Part shown: positions 1 through 8,625 of the stretch, piece after piece
Layout: every line of letters begins with the position of its first letter
Position numbering within the stretch: position 1 is the stretch's first letter
From: Myxococcales bacterium
GTDB taxonomy: Bacteria; Myxococcota; Myxococcia; Myxococcales; Anaeromyxobacteraceae
Length of the DNA stretch: 17,251 nucleotides
Reading direction: 5' to 3'
Assembly (NCBI GenBank): GCA_038320275.1
Contig: JBBQEB010000076.1
Coordinates: 1-17,251, forward strand
Program-made: the position numbers and the translations under genes
Notes under the pieces: generated by a model
Told to the model about the DNA's origin: nothing
Seen by the model: only the letters and a program-made list of their open reading frames with translations
Databases searched by the model: none

Positions 1-106
1 GGCAGGGAGCCACGCGGCCGGTGCCTCAGTCCCTGGCGCGGCCTCTCCGGAGACCTCCGCGGCGGGCGCTCCCAACGTGGACCCTGCGGTGCCCGCTCCG
101 AGCTGA
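1..106 (+). CDS. possible 3' end of an upstream gene (Ala/Pro/Ser-rich tail), partial
   Basis: Frame starting at base 2 reads AGSHAAGASVPGAASPETSAAGAPNVDPAVPAPS to TGA at 104-106, 20 bp before the converging regulator stop. No recognisable motif. Confidence 0.3.
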   Translation, partial: AGSHAAGASVPGAASPETSAAGAPNVDPAVPAPS

Positions 107-126
107 CTTTCGTAGCGCGGCTCTCC

Positions 127-1482
127 TCACTTCTCGTCGCCGACCAGGCGGTACAGCGTCTTCCGGTCGATGCCGAGGATCTCCGCCGCGCGCGTCTTGT
201 TGCCGCCCGTCTCGCCGAGCACCTGCGCCGCGTAGCGACGCTCCAGTTCGGCGAGGGTGGGCCGATCCTCGAAGAGCGACCCGCCGGCAGGCTGCGGGCC
301 GCGCTGTGGGCCGCGCAGGTGGTCGGGCAGATCCTCCGGGAGCACCACGCCCGATGGGTTCAGCGCCAGGGCCCGCGCGACCACGTTCTCCAGCTCACGC
401 ACGTTCCCGGGCCAGTCGTGTGCGAGGAGGAGGTCGCGCGCGGCGGGCGAGATGGCCGCGCCCTCGGCCCGCCCGTGCTTGGCGGCGAAATGCTCGGCCA
501 GGAGGGGGATGTCCTCCCGGCGCTCGCGGAGCGGTGGGATCCGGATGTTGACGACGTTGAGCCGGTAGAAGAGGTCCTCGCGAAACAGCCCCTCCTTGAC
601 CGCGGCGGCGAGCTCCTTGTTGGTGGCGGCGACCACCCGGACGTCCACCGACACCGGCTCGTTCGTGCCGACCCGCCGGATGGTTCCCTCCTGCAGCGCA
701 CGCAGCAGCCGCGCCTGGAGGTTCGGTCCCACATCGCCGATCTCGTCCAGGAAGAGCGTGCCGCGATCCGCCTCCTCGAAGAGCCCGCGGCGTGCCACCT
801 GGGCCCCGGTGAAGGCTCCCCGCGCGTGTCCGAAGAGCTCCGACTCCAGCACCCCTTCCGCGATGGCGCCGCAGTCCACCGCCACGAAGGGCCGCGCGGA
901 GCGGGGGGAGGCTGCGTGGATGGCGCGTGCCACCAGCTCCTTGCCGGTGCCGCTCTCCCCCTCGATGAGCACCGTCGCGTCCGTCGCCGCCACGCGCGCG
1001 GCCGTCTTGTACACCTGCAGCATCCCCTCGCTGCGGCCGACGACGTCGTCCAGCTTGTACTTGTCGCGCAGGTCGCGGCGCAGGGAGCGGTTCTCGAGCG
1101 CGAGCCGGCGCTGCTCCAGCGCGCGCGCCACGACCAGCTTGATCCCGTCCACGTCGTACGGCTTCGAGATGTAGTCGAAGGCGCCGCGCCGGATAGCCTC
1201 CACCGCCCCGTCGATGTTCCCGAAGGCGGTCACCAGCAGCACCGGCGTGTCGGCCGCGCGCCGGCGCAGCTCGTCGGTGAGCTGCAGGCCGTCGATCTCG
1301 CCCATCCTGATGTCGGACACGACCAGGTCTGGGGGCTCGCCGTCCGCGGCGAGCCGGTCGAGCGCCTCGCGCCCGTCGCCCAGCGCGACCACGCGGTGCC
1401 CGGCGCCGGAGAGGATGCGGGAGAGGAGGTCGCGGCTGGACGCGTCGTCGTCGACCACGAAGATGCGAGCGGGCGCGTCCAC
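127..1482 (-). CDS. sigma54-dependent response regulator (NtrC/AtoC family: REC, AAA+, Fis-type HTH)
   Basis: Last 451 aa of ORF 127..3969. REC (IFVVDDD, DLVVSDIRM, FDYISKP), Walker A GESGTGKE, ESELFGHARGAFTGA, Walker B TLFLDEIG, FREDLFYRLNV, WPGNVRELEN, HTH GNKTRAAEILGIDRKTLYR. GTG start chosen at 1482. Confidence 0.95.
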   Translation of the reverse strand: MDAPARIFVVDDDASSRDLLSRILSGAGHRVVALGDGREALDRLAADGEPPDLVVSDIRMGEIDGLQLTDELRRRAADTPVLLVTAFGNIDGAVEAIRRGAFDYISKPYDVDGIKLVVARALEQRRLALENRSLRRDLRDKYKLDDVVGRSEGMLQVYKTAARVAATDATVLIEGESGTGKELVARAIHAASPRSARPFVAVDCGAIAEGVLESELFGHARGAFTGAQVARRGLFEEADRGTLFLDEIGDVGPNLQARLLRALQEGTIRRVGTNEPVSVDVRVVAATNKELAAAVKEGLFREDLFYRLNVVNIRIPPLRERREDIPLLAEHFAAKHGRAEGAAISPAARDLLLAHDWPGNVRELENVVARALALNPSGVVLPEDLPDHLRGPQRGPQPAGGSLFEDRPTLAELERRYAAQVLGETGGNKTRAAEILGIDRKTLYRLVGDEK

Positions 1483-1493
1483 GGAAGGCGATC

Positions 1494-3035
1494 CTATGCG
1501 GCCGGCGTCGCGCGGGGAAGCGAGAGCGGCGCCGGGAGGTAGAGGGTGAAGGTGGCGCCCTGCCCGGGAGCGCTCGCGACCTCGATGCGCCCCTTCAGCG
1601 CGGCGGCGATCTCCCGGCAGATGGCGAGCCCGAGCCCGGTACCCTTGCCCTTGGGCTTGGTGGAGAAGAAGGGCTCGAAGATGTGCTTTCGCTCCTCGGG
1701 ACCCATGCCGGGCCCGGTGTCCTCCACGGCGAGAGCCACCAGCTCGCCCTCTCGCCGGGCCCGCACCGTCAGCCGGCCTCGCCCCGCCATGGCGTCCACC
1801 GCGTTGGAGATGAAGTTCGTGAGCACGTGGCGCACCAGCGAAGGGTCGAGCGCGGCGTGCCCCATCTCCGGCGGCACGTCCCGCAGCACCTCCAGCCGCC
1901 CGCGCGCCTCGGCCGAGACGGTGAGCGAGAGCGCCTCGTCGATGAGCGCCGCCACCTCGACCGGCTCGGGATCGGGGGTGAGAGCGCGCGCAGAGTCGAG
2001 GAAGCGCCGGATGATCGCCGTCATCCGCTTCACCTCGCGCTCGACCACCAGGAAGCCCTCCCGCATGTCGGGCGGACAGCTCGCCATGCGCGCGAGGAGC
2101 TGCACGTGGCCGCTGATGGCGTTGAGCGGGTTGCCCAGCTCGTGCGCGATGGTTCCCGAGAGCTGCCCCAGCGCGGCGAGCTGCTCCTTGGCGTTGAGAT
2201 CCCGCCGGGCCTCCACCAGGAGGTCGTTCAGCTCGGCGAGCGCCCGGTTCTTGCGGGCGAGGTCGGCGGTGGCGGCGTCGATCTCGCGCTGCAGCTCGCG
2301 GCTGAATCCCCGCACGCGCGCCAGCATGGCGCCGAGGCCCCGCGCCACGGTCCCGATCTCGTCGTTGCGCTCCGACCCGGGGATCGCCGGCGGCACGGCG
2401 GCGCCCGACTCCACCGCCGCCATCGAGTCGGCCAGCCGCGAGAGCGGGCGTTCCAGCATGCGGGAGAGGATGAGGGTGAAGGCCGCCACCAGGAACAGCG
2501 AGCTCGCCACGGTCACCCACAGGAACACGCGCCGCTCGCGGGAGGCGATCTGCTCGGCGTCCGCCACCAGCGCCTCGATGCGGATGTTCGCGACCGGGCG
2601 GCCGAAGGAGTCCTTGAGGGGGAAGTCCACCTGGGCTACCCGGGCGTCCCCGTCGCCCACCATGCGGGACTGGGTGGAGGACTGGAAGATGACATCTCGG
2701 TTCTCGAACACCGTCTCCGGCCCGTTCCCGCCGAACGAGATGCGGATGATGTCGTCCTTGCCCGCCTTCCGGATGGCGAGCTCGGCGAGGCGGAGCCCGC
2801 GGTGCCGTGCCACGGCGGCAGCGAGCCGCTCGGCGATGCGGGCCCGGTCGCTGTCGTGCAGCTCGCGGGTGAAGTCCATCTCCACCACGACCGACCGCGC
2901 CACCTCCTCCGTGCGCGCGCGGATCGCCTCCTCCACCGCGCGGGCCGCGATCGACTCGCCCAGGTAGGCGGCGATCGCCATGGTGACCACCAGGATGGCG
3001 CCGAAGAGGGCGGTGATCTGAAGGCGAAGGGACAA
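1494..3035 (-). CDS. membrane sensor histidine kinase (TM, periplasmic domain, TM, HAMP, HisKA, HATPase)
   Basis: Two hydrophobic segments, HAMP (RPLSRLADSM...DEIGTVA), H-box AHELGNPL, N-box NFISNAVDA, G1 DTGPGM, F-box IFEPFFSTK, G2 GTGLGL. TTG start; ends 11 bp before the regulator. Confidence 0.95.
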   Translation of the reverse strand: MSLRLQITALFGAILVVTMAIAAYLGESIAARAVEEAIRARTEEVARSVVVEMDFTRELHDSDRARIAERLAAAVARHRGLRLAELAIRKAGKDDIIRISFGGNGPETVFENRDVIFQSSTQSRMVGDGDARVAQVDFPLKDSFGRPVANIRIEALVADAEQIASRERRVFLWVTVASSLFLVAAFTLILSRMLERPLSRLADSMAAVESGAAVPPAIPGSERNDEIGTVARGLGAMLARVRGFSRELQREIDAATADLARKNRALAELNDLLVEARRDLNAKEQLAALGQLSGTIAHELGNPLNAISGHVQLLARMASCPPDMREGFLVVEREVKRMTAIIRRFLDSARALTPDPEPVEVAALIDEALSLTVSAEARGRLEVLRDVPPEMGHAALDPSLVRHVLTNFISNAVDAMAGRGRLTVRARREGELVALAVEDTGPGMGPEERKHIFEPFFSTKPKGKGTGLGLAICREIAAALKGRIEVASAPGQGATFTLYLPAPLSLPRATPAA

Positions 3036-3069
3036 GGGCGCGGGAGCAGGTCGAGGGCGGGTGCGGTCG

Positions 3070-3078
3070 AGAGTAGCA
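3070..3078 (-). promoter_or_regulatory. candidate extended -10 promoter element (TGcTACTCT) for the two-component operon
   Basis: Minus strand reads TG-c-TACTCT 34 nt upstream of the TTG start, in the divergent intergenic gap. Motif match only. Confidence 0.4.
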
Positions 3079-3128
3079 GAGACCGCGTGCCCGGGGCGGC
3101 GCGCCGGCGGAGGCGTTACCTACCGCGT

Positions 3129-3428
3129 GTGCGCCACACCGTCTGCCGGCTCTCCGACCTTCCCGAGCGGCGCGGCTACCTCGTCGAGGTGGCGGGGGAG
3201 GCCATCGCCATCTTCCGCGTCGGGGACGCGGTGCACGCGGTCGAGAACCGCTGCCCGCATCGCGATGGCCCGCTCGCCTTCGGCGACCTGCGCGGCCCGG
3301 TCGTGTTCTGCCCCCTGCACGCCTGGGGCTTCGACGTGCGGACCGGCGCCTGCGACGAGTTCCCGGGCGTCCGGGTTCGCACCTTCCCGGTGCACCTGGA
3401 GGGCGACGCCGTCGAGGTGGAGTTATGA
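3129..3428 (+). CDS. Rieske [2Fe-2S] ferredoxin (NirD/dioxygenase-ferredoxin-like)
   Basis: Last 99 aa of ORF 1683..3428 from GTG 3129. Rieske ligands NRCPHR (CxH) and FCPLHAWGFD (CxxH). Confidence 0.9.
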   Translation: MRHTVCRLSDLPERRGYLVEVAGEAIAIFRVGDAVHAVENRCPHRDGPLAFGDLRGPVVFCPLHAWGFDVRTGACDEFPGVRVRTFPVHLEGDAVEVEL

Positions 3429-3438
3429 CTGCGCCACG

Positions 3439-3828
3439 ATGGCCACCATCGACTACGCCGACCGGCGCCGCGCCCGCCTGGAGGTGGAGTTCCGCTTCGC
3501 CGCGGCGCACCGCCTTCCCCGCTACGAGGGCCCCTGCTTCCGCATGCACGGCCACAATTATCGCTTCGTGGCCGCGCTGGAAGGCAAGGTGGACCCCCAC
3601 ACCGGGATGGTGGCCGATTTCGGCCGGGTGAAGGACCTCGTCGGCGAGCACGTGCTCGCGCGCACGGACCACCGGACCTTGAACGACATCCTCGAGAACC
3701 CCACCGCGGAGAACATCGCCCGCTGGATCCACGAGACCTTGAGCCCGCATCTGCCAGGGCTCCTCGAGATCCGGCTGTGGGAGATCCCCGACTGCTGCGT
3801 GACCTACCGGGGAGAGCGTGGCGGGTAA
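3439..3828 (+). CDS. queD: 6-carboxy-5,6,7,8-tetrahydropterin synthase (QueD / PTPS-I)
   Basis: From ATG 3439: FAAAH, CFRMHGH (C-x3-HGH), GMVADF, DHRTLND, NPTAENIA, RLWE. Confidence 0.9.
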   Translation: MATIDYADRRRARLEVEFRFAAAHRLPRYEGPCFRMHGHNYRFVAALEGKVDPHTGMVADFGRVKDLVGEHVLARTDHRTLNDILENPTAENIARWIHETLSPHLPGLLEIRLWEIPDCCVTYRGERGG

Positions 3829-4510
3829 GCCGCGGCGCGCGCGGGGGCCCGGGGAGGGGGAGCAGAGCGCGAAGCTCCCTCCGGGCGAGCGCGCGGCGCG
3901 GGCCATCGCGAGCTTCCTCGATGCGGTGGTGCCTCCCGAAGCGCGCGCCGACGGCGATCTGGACGGCACGCCGGAGCGGGTGGCGGAGGCCTGGCTGGGC
4001 GATCTCCTGAGCGGCTACCGGGACGATCCCGCCGCCGCGCTGGCGGAGACGATGCCCTCCCGCGGGCGCGACCTCGTCGCGGTGACGAACCTCGACTTTC
4101 ACTCCATGTGCCCCCATCACCTGCTTCCGTCGCGCGGCGTGGCGCACGTCGGGTACGTGCCCGGGGAACGCATGGTGGGGTTCGGGCAGCTCGCGCGTCT
4201 GGTGGACGTCTTCGCGCACCGACTGACCCTGGAGGAGGACGTCGCGAGGCGGGTCGCCGAGGCCCTCATGACGCACCTCGGCGCGCGCGGCGCGGCCTGC
4301 GTGCTCGACGCGGAGCAGTCCTGCCTCACCGTGCGCGGAGAACGGCGCCCCGCCGCGCGCGCCCACGCTCAGTGCTTCCTCGGGACGCTCGCCACGGAAC
4401 CAGCCCTGCAGCGCCGCTTTCAGGCCCTGCTGCCCGGCCCTGGAGCCCTGCCACAGCCCGCGCGCCTGCGAGGGGGCCGGGCCGCAGCGGTCCGGCGGGC
4501 GCGGCGATGA
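3818..4510 (+). CDS. folE: GTP cyclohydrolase I (FolE)-family T-fold protein, atypical active site
   Basis: TPERVA, FHSMCPHHLLP, GVAHVGYVP, LARLVDVFAHRL, SCLTVRG. GTG start after GGGGAG; overlaps queD by 11 nt. The family call is firm, the activity is not. Confidence 0.8.
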   Translation: MAGKPRRARGPGEGEQSAKLPPGERAARAIASFLDAVVPPEARADGDLDGTPERVAEAWLGDLLSGYRDDPAAALAETMPSRGRDLVAVTNLDFHSMCPHHLLPSRGVAHVGYVPGERMVGFGQLARLVDVFAHRLTLEEDVARRVAEALMTHLGARGAACVLDAEQSCLTVRGERRPAARAHAQCFLGTLATEPALQRRFQALLPGPGALPQPARLRGGRAAAVRRARR

Positions 4511-5193
4511 CGAGCTCGCCCGGCAGGCGCAGCGCCATCGTCACCGGCGGGGGGCGCGGCATCGGCGCCGCGACCGCCGCCCTGCTCACCCGCGCCGGCC
4601 TGCGCGTCTCCGTCATCGCCCGCACGCCGGCCGAGCTGGAGGCGATCGTGAGCTCCGGGGCCGCGGAGCTCGCGGTGGTGGGCGACGTCTCGCGGGAGGA
4701 GGACGTGGGGCGGCTGGCAGTACAGCACGAGCGCGCGCTCGGGCCCCCCGACCTCCTCGTCAACAACGCGGCCATCCTCGACCGCGGGCTCGTCGAGGAG
4801 CTCTCGCCAGCCCGCTGGCGCGCGGTCCTGGACGTCAACCTCACCGGCGCGTTCCTGTGCTCGCGGGCCGTGGTGCCGGGGATGAAGTCGCGCGGGCGCG
4901 GCCGCATCGTCAACGTGGCCTCCATCTCCGCCACCCTGGGCACCGCGGCGGCGAGCGCCTACAACGCCTCGAAGTGGGGGCTCCTGGGCCTCACCAAGTG
5001 CCTCGCCGAGGAGCTCCGGCCGTTCGGGGTGCAGTGCCTTTCCGTCTCCCCTGGCACGGTCTCCACCGCCATGGCCCGCGGCACCCCGTTCCCACCGCTG
5101 ATGACCGCCGAGGAGGTCGCCAAGGTCATCGCCTGGTGCGCGTGCGAGGCGCCCGACGCCATGACCGGCGCCAACGTGGAGGTCTTCGGGTGA
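4507..5193 (+). CDS. classical short-chain dehydrogenase/reductase (probably NADP(H)-dependent)
   Basis: TGGGRGIG, LVNNAA, VNVAS, YNASK; Arg after beta2 (IART). ATGA overlap with the folE stop. Confidence 0.92.
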   Translation: MTSSPGRRSAIVTGGGRGIGAATAALLTRAGLRVSVIARTPAELEAIVSSGAAELAVVGDVSREEDVGRLAVQHERALGPPDLLVNNAAILDRGLVEELSPARWRAVLDVNLTGAFLCSRAVVPGMKSRGRGRIVNVASISATLGTAAASAYNASKWGLLGLTKCLAEELRPFGVQCLSVSPGTVSTAMARGTPFPPLMTAEEVAKVIAWCACEAPDAMTGANVEVFG

Positions 5194-6575
5194 GCGCGGC
5201 CGGCGAGGCCGTCCCCGAGCTCCGGGCGGCGCTCTCGCCCGGGCGCGTGCTCACGGACCCCGAGGCGCTGGAGCGCTACGGCCGCGACGAGTCCTCCCTG
5301 GGAGCCTTTCCGCCGGAGGTGGTGGTCCTCGCCGAGAGCGCGGAGGAGGTGCGCCGGGTGCTCGCGGTGGCCGTCCGCCGGCGCATCCCGGTCGTGCCGA
5401 TGGGCGCCCGCACCGGGAAATCGGGGGGCTCGCTCGCGCCGCTGGGCGGCATCGCCCTCTCGCTGGAACGCATGGACAGGCTGCTCGAGCTCCGCCCCGG
5501 CGACCTCACCGCGCGGGTGCAGCCCGGCCTCCGGACGGGAGCGTTCCAGGCGCAGGTGGAGGAGCGCGGCCTCTTCTACCCGCCCGATCCCAACTCGTTC
5601 GAGACCTGCACCCTGGGCGGCAACGTGGCCGAGAATGCGGGAGGGCCGCGGGCGCTGAAGTACGGGGTGACGCGCGACTACGTGCTGGGACTGGAGGTGG
5701 CGCTCGCCACGGGTGAGCTCCTCCGCCTCGGCCACGGGACGGCCAAGGGGGTGGCAGGCTATGACCTGACCGCGCTGCTCGTCGGCAGCGAAGGGACCCT
5801 GGGCGTCGTCACCGAGATCACGCTGAAGCTCCTGCCGCTGCCGCGTCACGTGGGGACCGCGCTCATCGCCTTCCGCTCGGTGGACGACGCGGCGAGGGCC
5901 GTCTCGCGCATCCTGGAGGCTGGGCTCCTCCCGCGCTGCCTGGAGCTGTTCGACGAGGCCGCCCTGGAGGCCTGCGCGCGCTCCGCGCCGGGGGGCCTGG
6001 CGTCGGGCGCGGGGGCGGCGCTGCTGGTGGAAGCCGACGGCGAGGAGCCGGACGCGGTGCTGGGGTCGCTGGCGCGGATCGCGGAAGCCGTCGGTCCGGA
6101 GCGGCAAGGAGAGGTGCTCGTCGCGCGCGACGAGACGCAGCGCCGCGCGATCTGGCGGCTGCGGAACGACCTCTCCGCCAACCTGCGCAAGGTCCATCCT
6201 CTGAAGCTGTCGGAGGACGTGGTGGTCCCGCGCTCGGCGCTCGCCGAGATGGTGCGCAGGTCGCGCGAGATCGGCGCCCGCCACGGCGTCGCGGTGGCCA
6301 CCTACGGCCATGCCGGCGACGGGAACCTGCACGCCAACGTCCTCTTCGACAGCCCGGCGGAGCGCCCCAAGGTGGACGCGGCGCTGGCGGAGATGGTGCG
6401 GGCGGCGGTGGACCTGGGCGGCTCCATCACCGGGGAGCACGGGGTGGGTCTCTCGAAGCGGAACTTCCTCGCGTACGAGCAGGCGCCGGAGCTCATCGCG
6501 CTCCAGAAGAGGCTGAAGGCGGTGCTCGATCCGCTGGGGATCCTGAACCCGGGCAAGATCTTCCCACCCGGCTGA
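5190..6575 (+). CDS. FAD-linked oxidase, GlcD / D-2-hydroxyacid dehydrogenase family
   Basis: FYPPDP, TLGGNVAENAGG, KYGVTRDYVLGLEV, GYDLTALLVGSEGTLG, GHAGDGNLH, GEHGVG, DPLGILNPGKI. GTGA overlap with the SDR stop. Confidence 0.92.
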   Translation: MSAAGEAVPELRAALSPGRVLTDPEALERYGRDESSLGAFPPEVVVLAESAEEVRRVLAVAVRRRIPVVPMGARTGKSGGSLAPLGGIALSLERMDRLLELRPGDLTARVQPGLRTGAFQAQVEERGLFYPPDPNSFETCTLGGNVAENAGGPRALKYGVTRDYVLGLEVALATGELLRLGHGTAKGVAGYDLTALLVGSEGTLGVVTEITLKLLPLPRHVGTALIAFRSVDDAARAVSRILEAGLLPRCLELFDEAALEACARSAPGGLASGAGAALLVEADGEEPDAVLGSLARIAEAVGPERQGEVLVARDETQRRAIWRLRNDLSANLRKVHPLKLSEDVVVPRSALAEMVRRSREIGARHGVAVATYGHAGDGNLHANVLFDSPAERPKVDAALAEMVRAAVDLGGSITGEHGVGLSKRNFLAYEQAPELIALQKRLKAVLDPLGILNPGKIFPPG

Positions 6576-6618
6576 CGCGGGCCTCGGCAGGTGAAGCGCA
6601 GGCGGCTCGGGCAGAACC

Positions 6619-6648
6619 TTGACAGCCTCGAAGCCGAACGGAGATAAC
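6619..6648 (+). promoter_or_regulatory. candidate sigma70 promoter for korAB
   Basis: Perfect TTGACA at 6619-6624, 18-nt spacer, weak -10-like GATAAC at 6643-6648. SD AGGAG at 6725-6729. Confidence 0.45.
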
Positions 6649-6732
6649 CCGTGGAATCCGCCTTCGCGGGCTCCCGAGACGCCTCGAGAGCCGACCTTCG
6701 GTCACCTCGCCGTCCGGGAGCATCAGGAGCTC

Positions 6733-8625
6733 ATGTCCACCGCCGACGCCTCCGCCCCGCATCACCCCGTCGAGCAGCTCGAGACCGTCACCATCCGCTT
6801 CGTCGGCGACTCCGGCGACGGGATGCAGCTCACCGGCACCGAGTTCATGAAGTCCTCCGCGCTGGAGGGAAACGACCTCGCCACCTTCCCCGACTATCCG
6901 GCCGAGATCCGCGCGCCGGCGGGGTCGCTCTTCGGCGTCTCCGGGTACCAGATCAACTTTTCGTCGCGCGACATCCACATGCCGGGTGACCAGCCGGACG
7001 TGCTGGTGGCGATGAACCCGGCCGCGCTGAAGACGAACCTGGCCGACCTGCGCATCGGCGGGATGCTCCTCGCCAACAGCGGCGCCTTCACCGAGAGCAA
7101 TCTGGAGAAGGCCGGCTACAAGACGAATCCCCTCGACGACCCGTCCCTGAAGCACAGCTACAAGCTCTTCCCCGTCGACATGAGCAAGCTGACCGAGCTC
7201 GCGCTGGCCGGCTCGGGGCTGTCGTCGAAGGACGTCGCGCGCTGCAAGAACTACTTCGCGCTCGGGCTCATGTACTGGCTCTACAGCCGGCCGCTCGCGC
7301 AGCAGGAGCGGAACATCGCGGCCAAGTTCGCGAAGAAGCCGGCCCTCGCCGACGCCAACCTCAAGGCTCTCCGGGCCGGCTACGCCTACGGCGACACGAG
7401 CGAGGTGTTCTTCCAGCAGTACAAGGTGCCGCCGTCCACGCTCCGGCCCGGCACCTATCGAAACGTCACCGGGAACTTCGCCGTGGCGCTCGGGCTCGCC
7501 ACCGCCGGCAAGCTCGCCGGAAAGCAGCTCTTCATGGGCGGCTACCCCATCACTCCGTCGACGGAGGTGATGCAGGAGCTCGCGCAGCTGAAGGAGCACG
7601 ACGTCGTGACCTACCAGGCCGAGGACGAGATCGCCGGCATCGGCTCCGCCATCGGCGCGTCCTTCGGCGGGGCGCTCGCCGCCACCTGCACCTCCGGCCC
7701 GGGGCTCGCCCTCAAGGCCGAGATGATGGGGTTCGCGGTCATCACCGAGCTGCCGCTGGTCATCGTCGACGTGCAGCGGGGCGGGCCTTCCACCGGCATG
7801 CCGACCAAGACGGAGCAGTCGGACCTCTACATCGCGCTCTTCGGCCGCCACGGCGAGGCGCCCATGCCCGTCATCGCCGCTCAGAGCCCCTCCGACTGCT
7901 TCTACGCGGCGCTGGAGGCGATGCGCGTCGCCACCAAGTGGATGACGCCGGTGCTCCTCCTCACCGATGGCTATCTCGCAAACGGCTCGGAGCCGTTCCG
8001 GGTGCCGGAAGAGAGCGAGCTGCAGAAGCCCCAGGTGGAGTACCAGACGGAGCCCAACGGCGACGACGGCGCCTACCTGCCTTACCTGCGCTCCGCCAAG
8101 CTGGTGCGGCCGTGGGCCATCCCGGGAACGCCCGGCCTCGAGCACCGCGTGGGCGGCCTCGAGAAGGATTCGCTCACCGGCATGGTGTCGTACGACGGCA
8201 TGAACCACGAGCGCATGGTGAAGACCCGCGCTCAAAAGGTCCGCAACGTGGTGGAGGACGTGCCCGACGCCGTACCCTTTGGGCCGGCGCAGGGTGAGCT
8301 CCTGCTCCTCTCCTGGGGAGGCACCTTCGGCTCGGTGCGCACCGCGGCCGAGGAGCTGCAGCGCGACGGCAAGAGCGTCGCGCATCTGCATCTCCGCTGG
8401 CTGAGCCCCATGCCCAAGAACCTCCTCCAGACCCTCCGAAGCTACCGCAAGGTGCTCGTCCCCGAGGTCAACGACGGCCAGCTCGCCTTCGTGCTGCGCG
8501 GCACCTTCCCCGGCTTCGATCCCTTGCAGTTCAACCGCATCAACGGAAAGCCCATCAAGGTCTCGGAGCTCTCGGCGCGGGTCGTCGAGATCCTCGAGGC
8601 GGGCTCGAAGGAGGAGACGCGATGA
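6733..8625 (+). CDS. korA: 2-oxoacid:ferredoxin oxidoreductase alpha subunit (gamma-alpha fusion)
   Basis: GDSGDGMQLTG, YPAEIRAP, GYPITP, QAEDEIA, TSGPGL, QRGGPSTGMPTKTEQSD. ATG 6733 after AGGAG. Substrate not determinable from sequence. Confidence 0.93.
   Translation: MSTADASAPHHPVEQLETVTIRFVGDSGDGMQLTGTEFMKSSALEGNDLATFPDYPAEIRAPAGSLFGVSGYQINFSSRDIHMPGDQPDVLVAMNPAALKTNLADLRIGGMLLANSGAFTESNLEKAGYKTNPLDDPSLKHSYKLFPVDMSKLTELALAGSGLSSKDVARCKNYFALGLMYWLYSRPLAQQERNIAAKFAKKPALADANLKALRAGYAYGDTSEVFFQQYKVPPSTLRPGTYRNVTGNFAVALGLATAGKLAGKQLFMGGYPITPSTEVMQELAQLKEHDVVTYQAEDEIAGIGSAIGASFGGALAATCTSGPGLALKAEMMGFAVITELPLVIVDVQRGGPSTGMPTKTEQSDLYIALFGRHGEAPMPVIAAQSPSDCFYAALEAMRVATKWMTPVLLLTDGYLANGSEPFRVPEESELQKPQVEYQTEPNGDDGAYLPYLRSAKLVRPWAIPGTPGLEHRVGGLEKDSLTGMVSYDGMNHERMVKTRAQKVRNVVEDVPDAVPFGPAQGELLLLSWGGTFGSVRTAAEELQRDGKSVAHLHLRWLSPMPKNLLQTLRSYRKVLVPEVNDGQLAFVLRGTFPGFDPLQFNRINGKPIKVSELSARVVEILEAGSKEETR

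Noticed and set aside
1483..3969. 1280-aa ORF suggesting a giant N-terminally extended regulator
   Set aside because: The first ~830 aa are Arg/Gly/Pro-rich off-frame text overlapping the real kinase and antisense to Rieske/queD; stop codons are scarce at high GC.
3439..4510. queD plus folE as a Dpd or phage 7-deazaguanine DNA-modification island
   Set aside because: No dpdA/tgt, queC, queE, nuclease or mobility genes, and no evident compositional shift.
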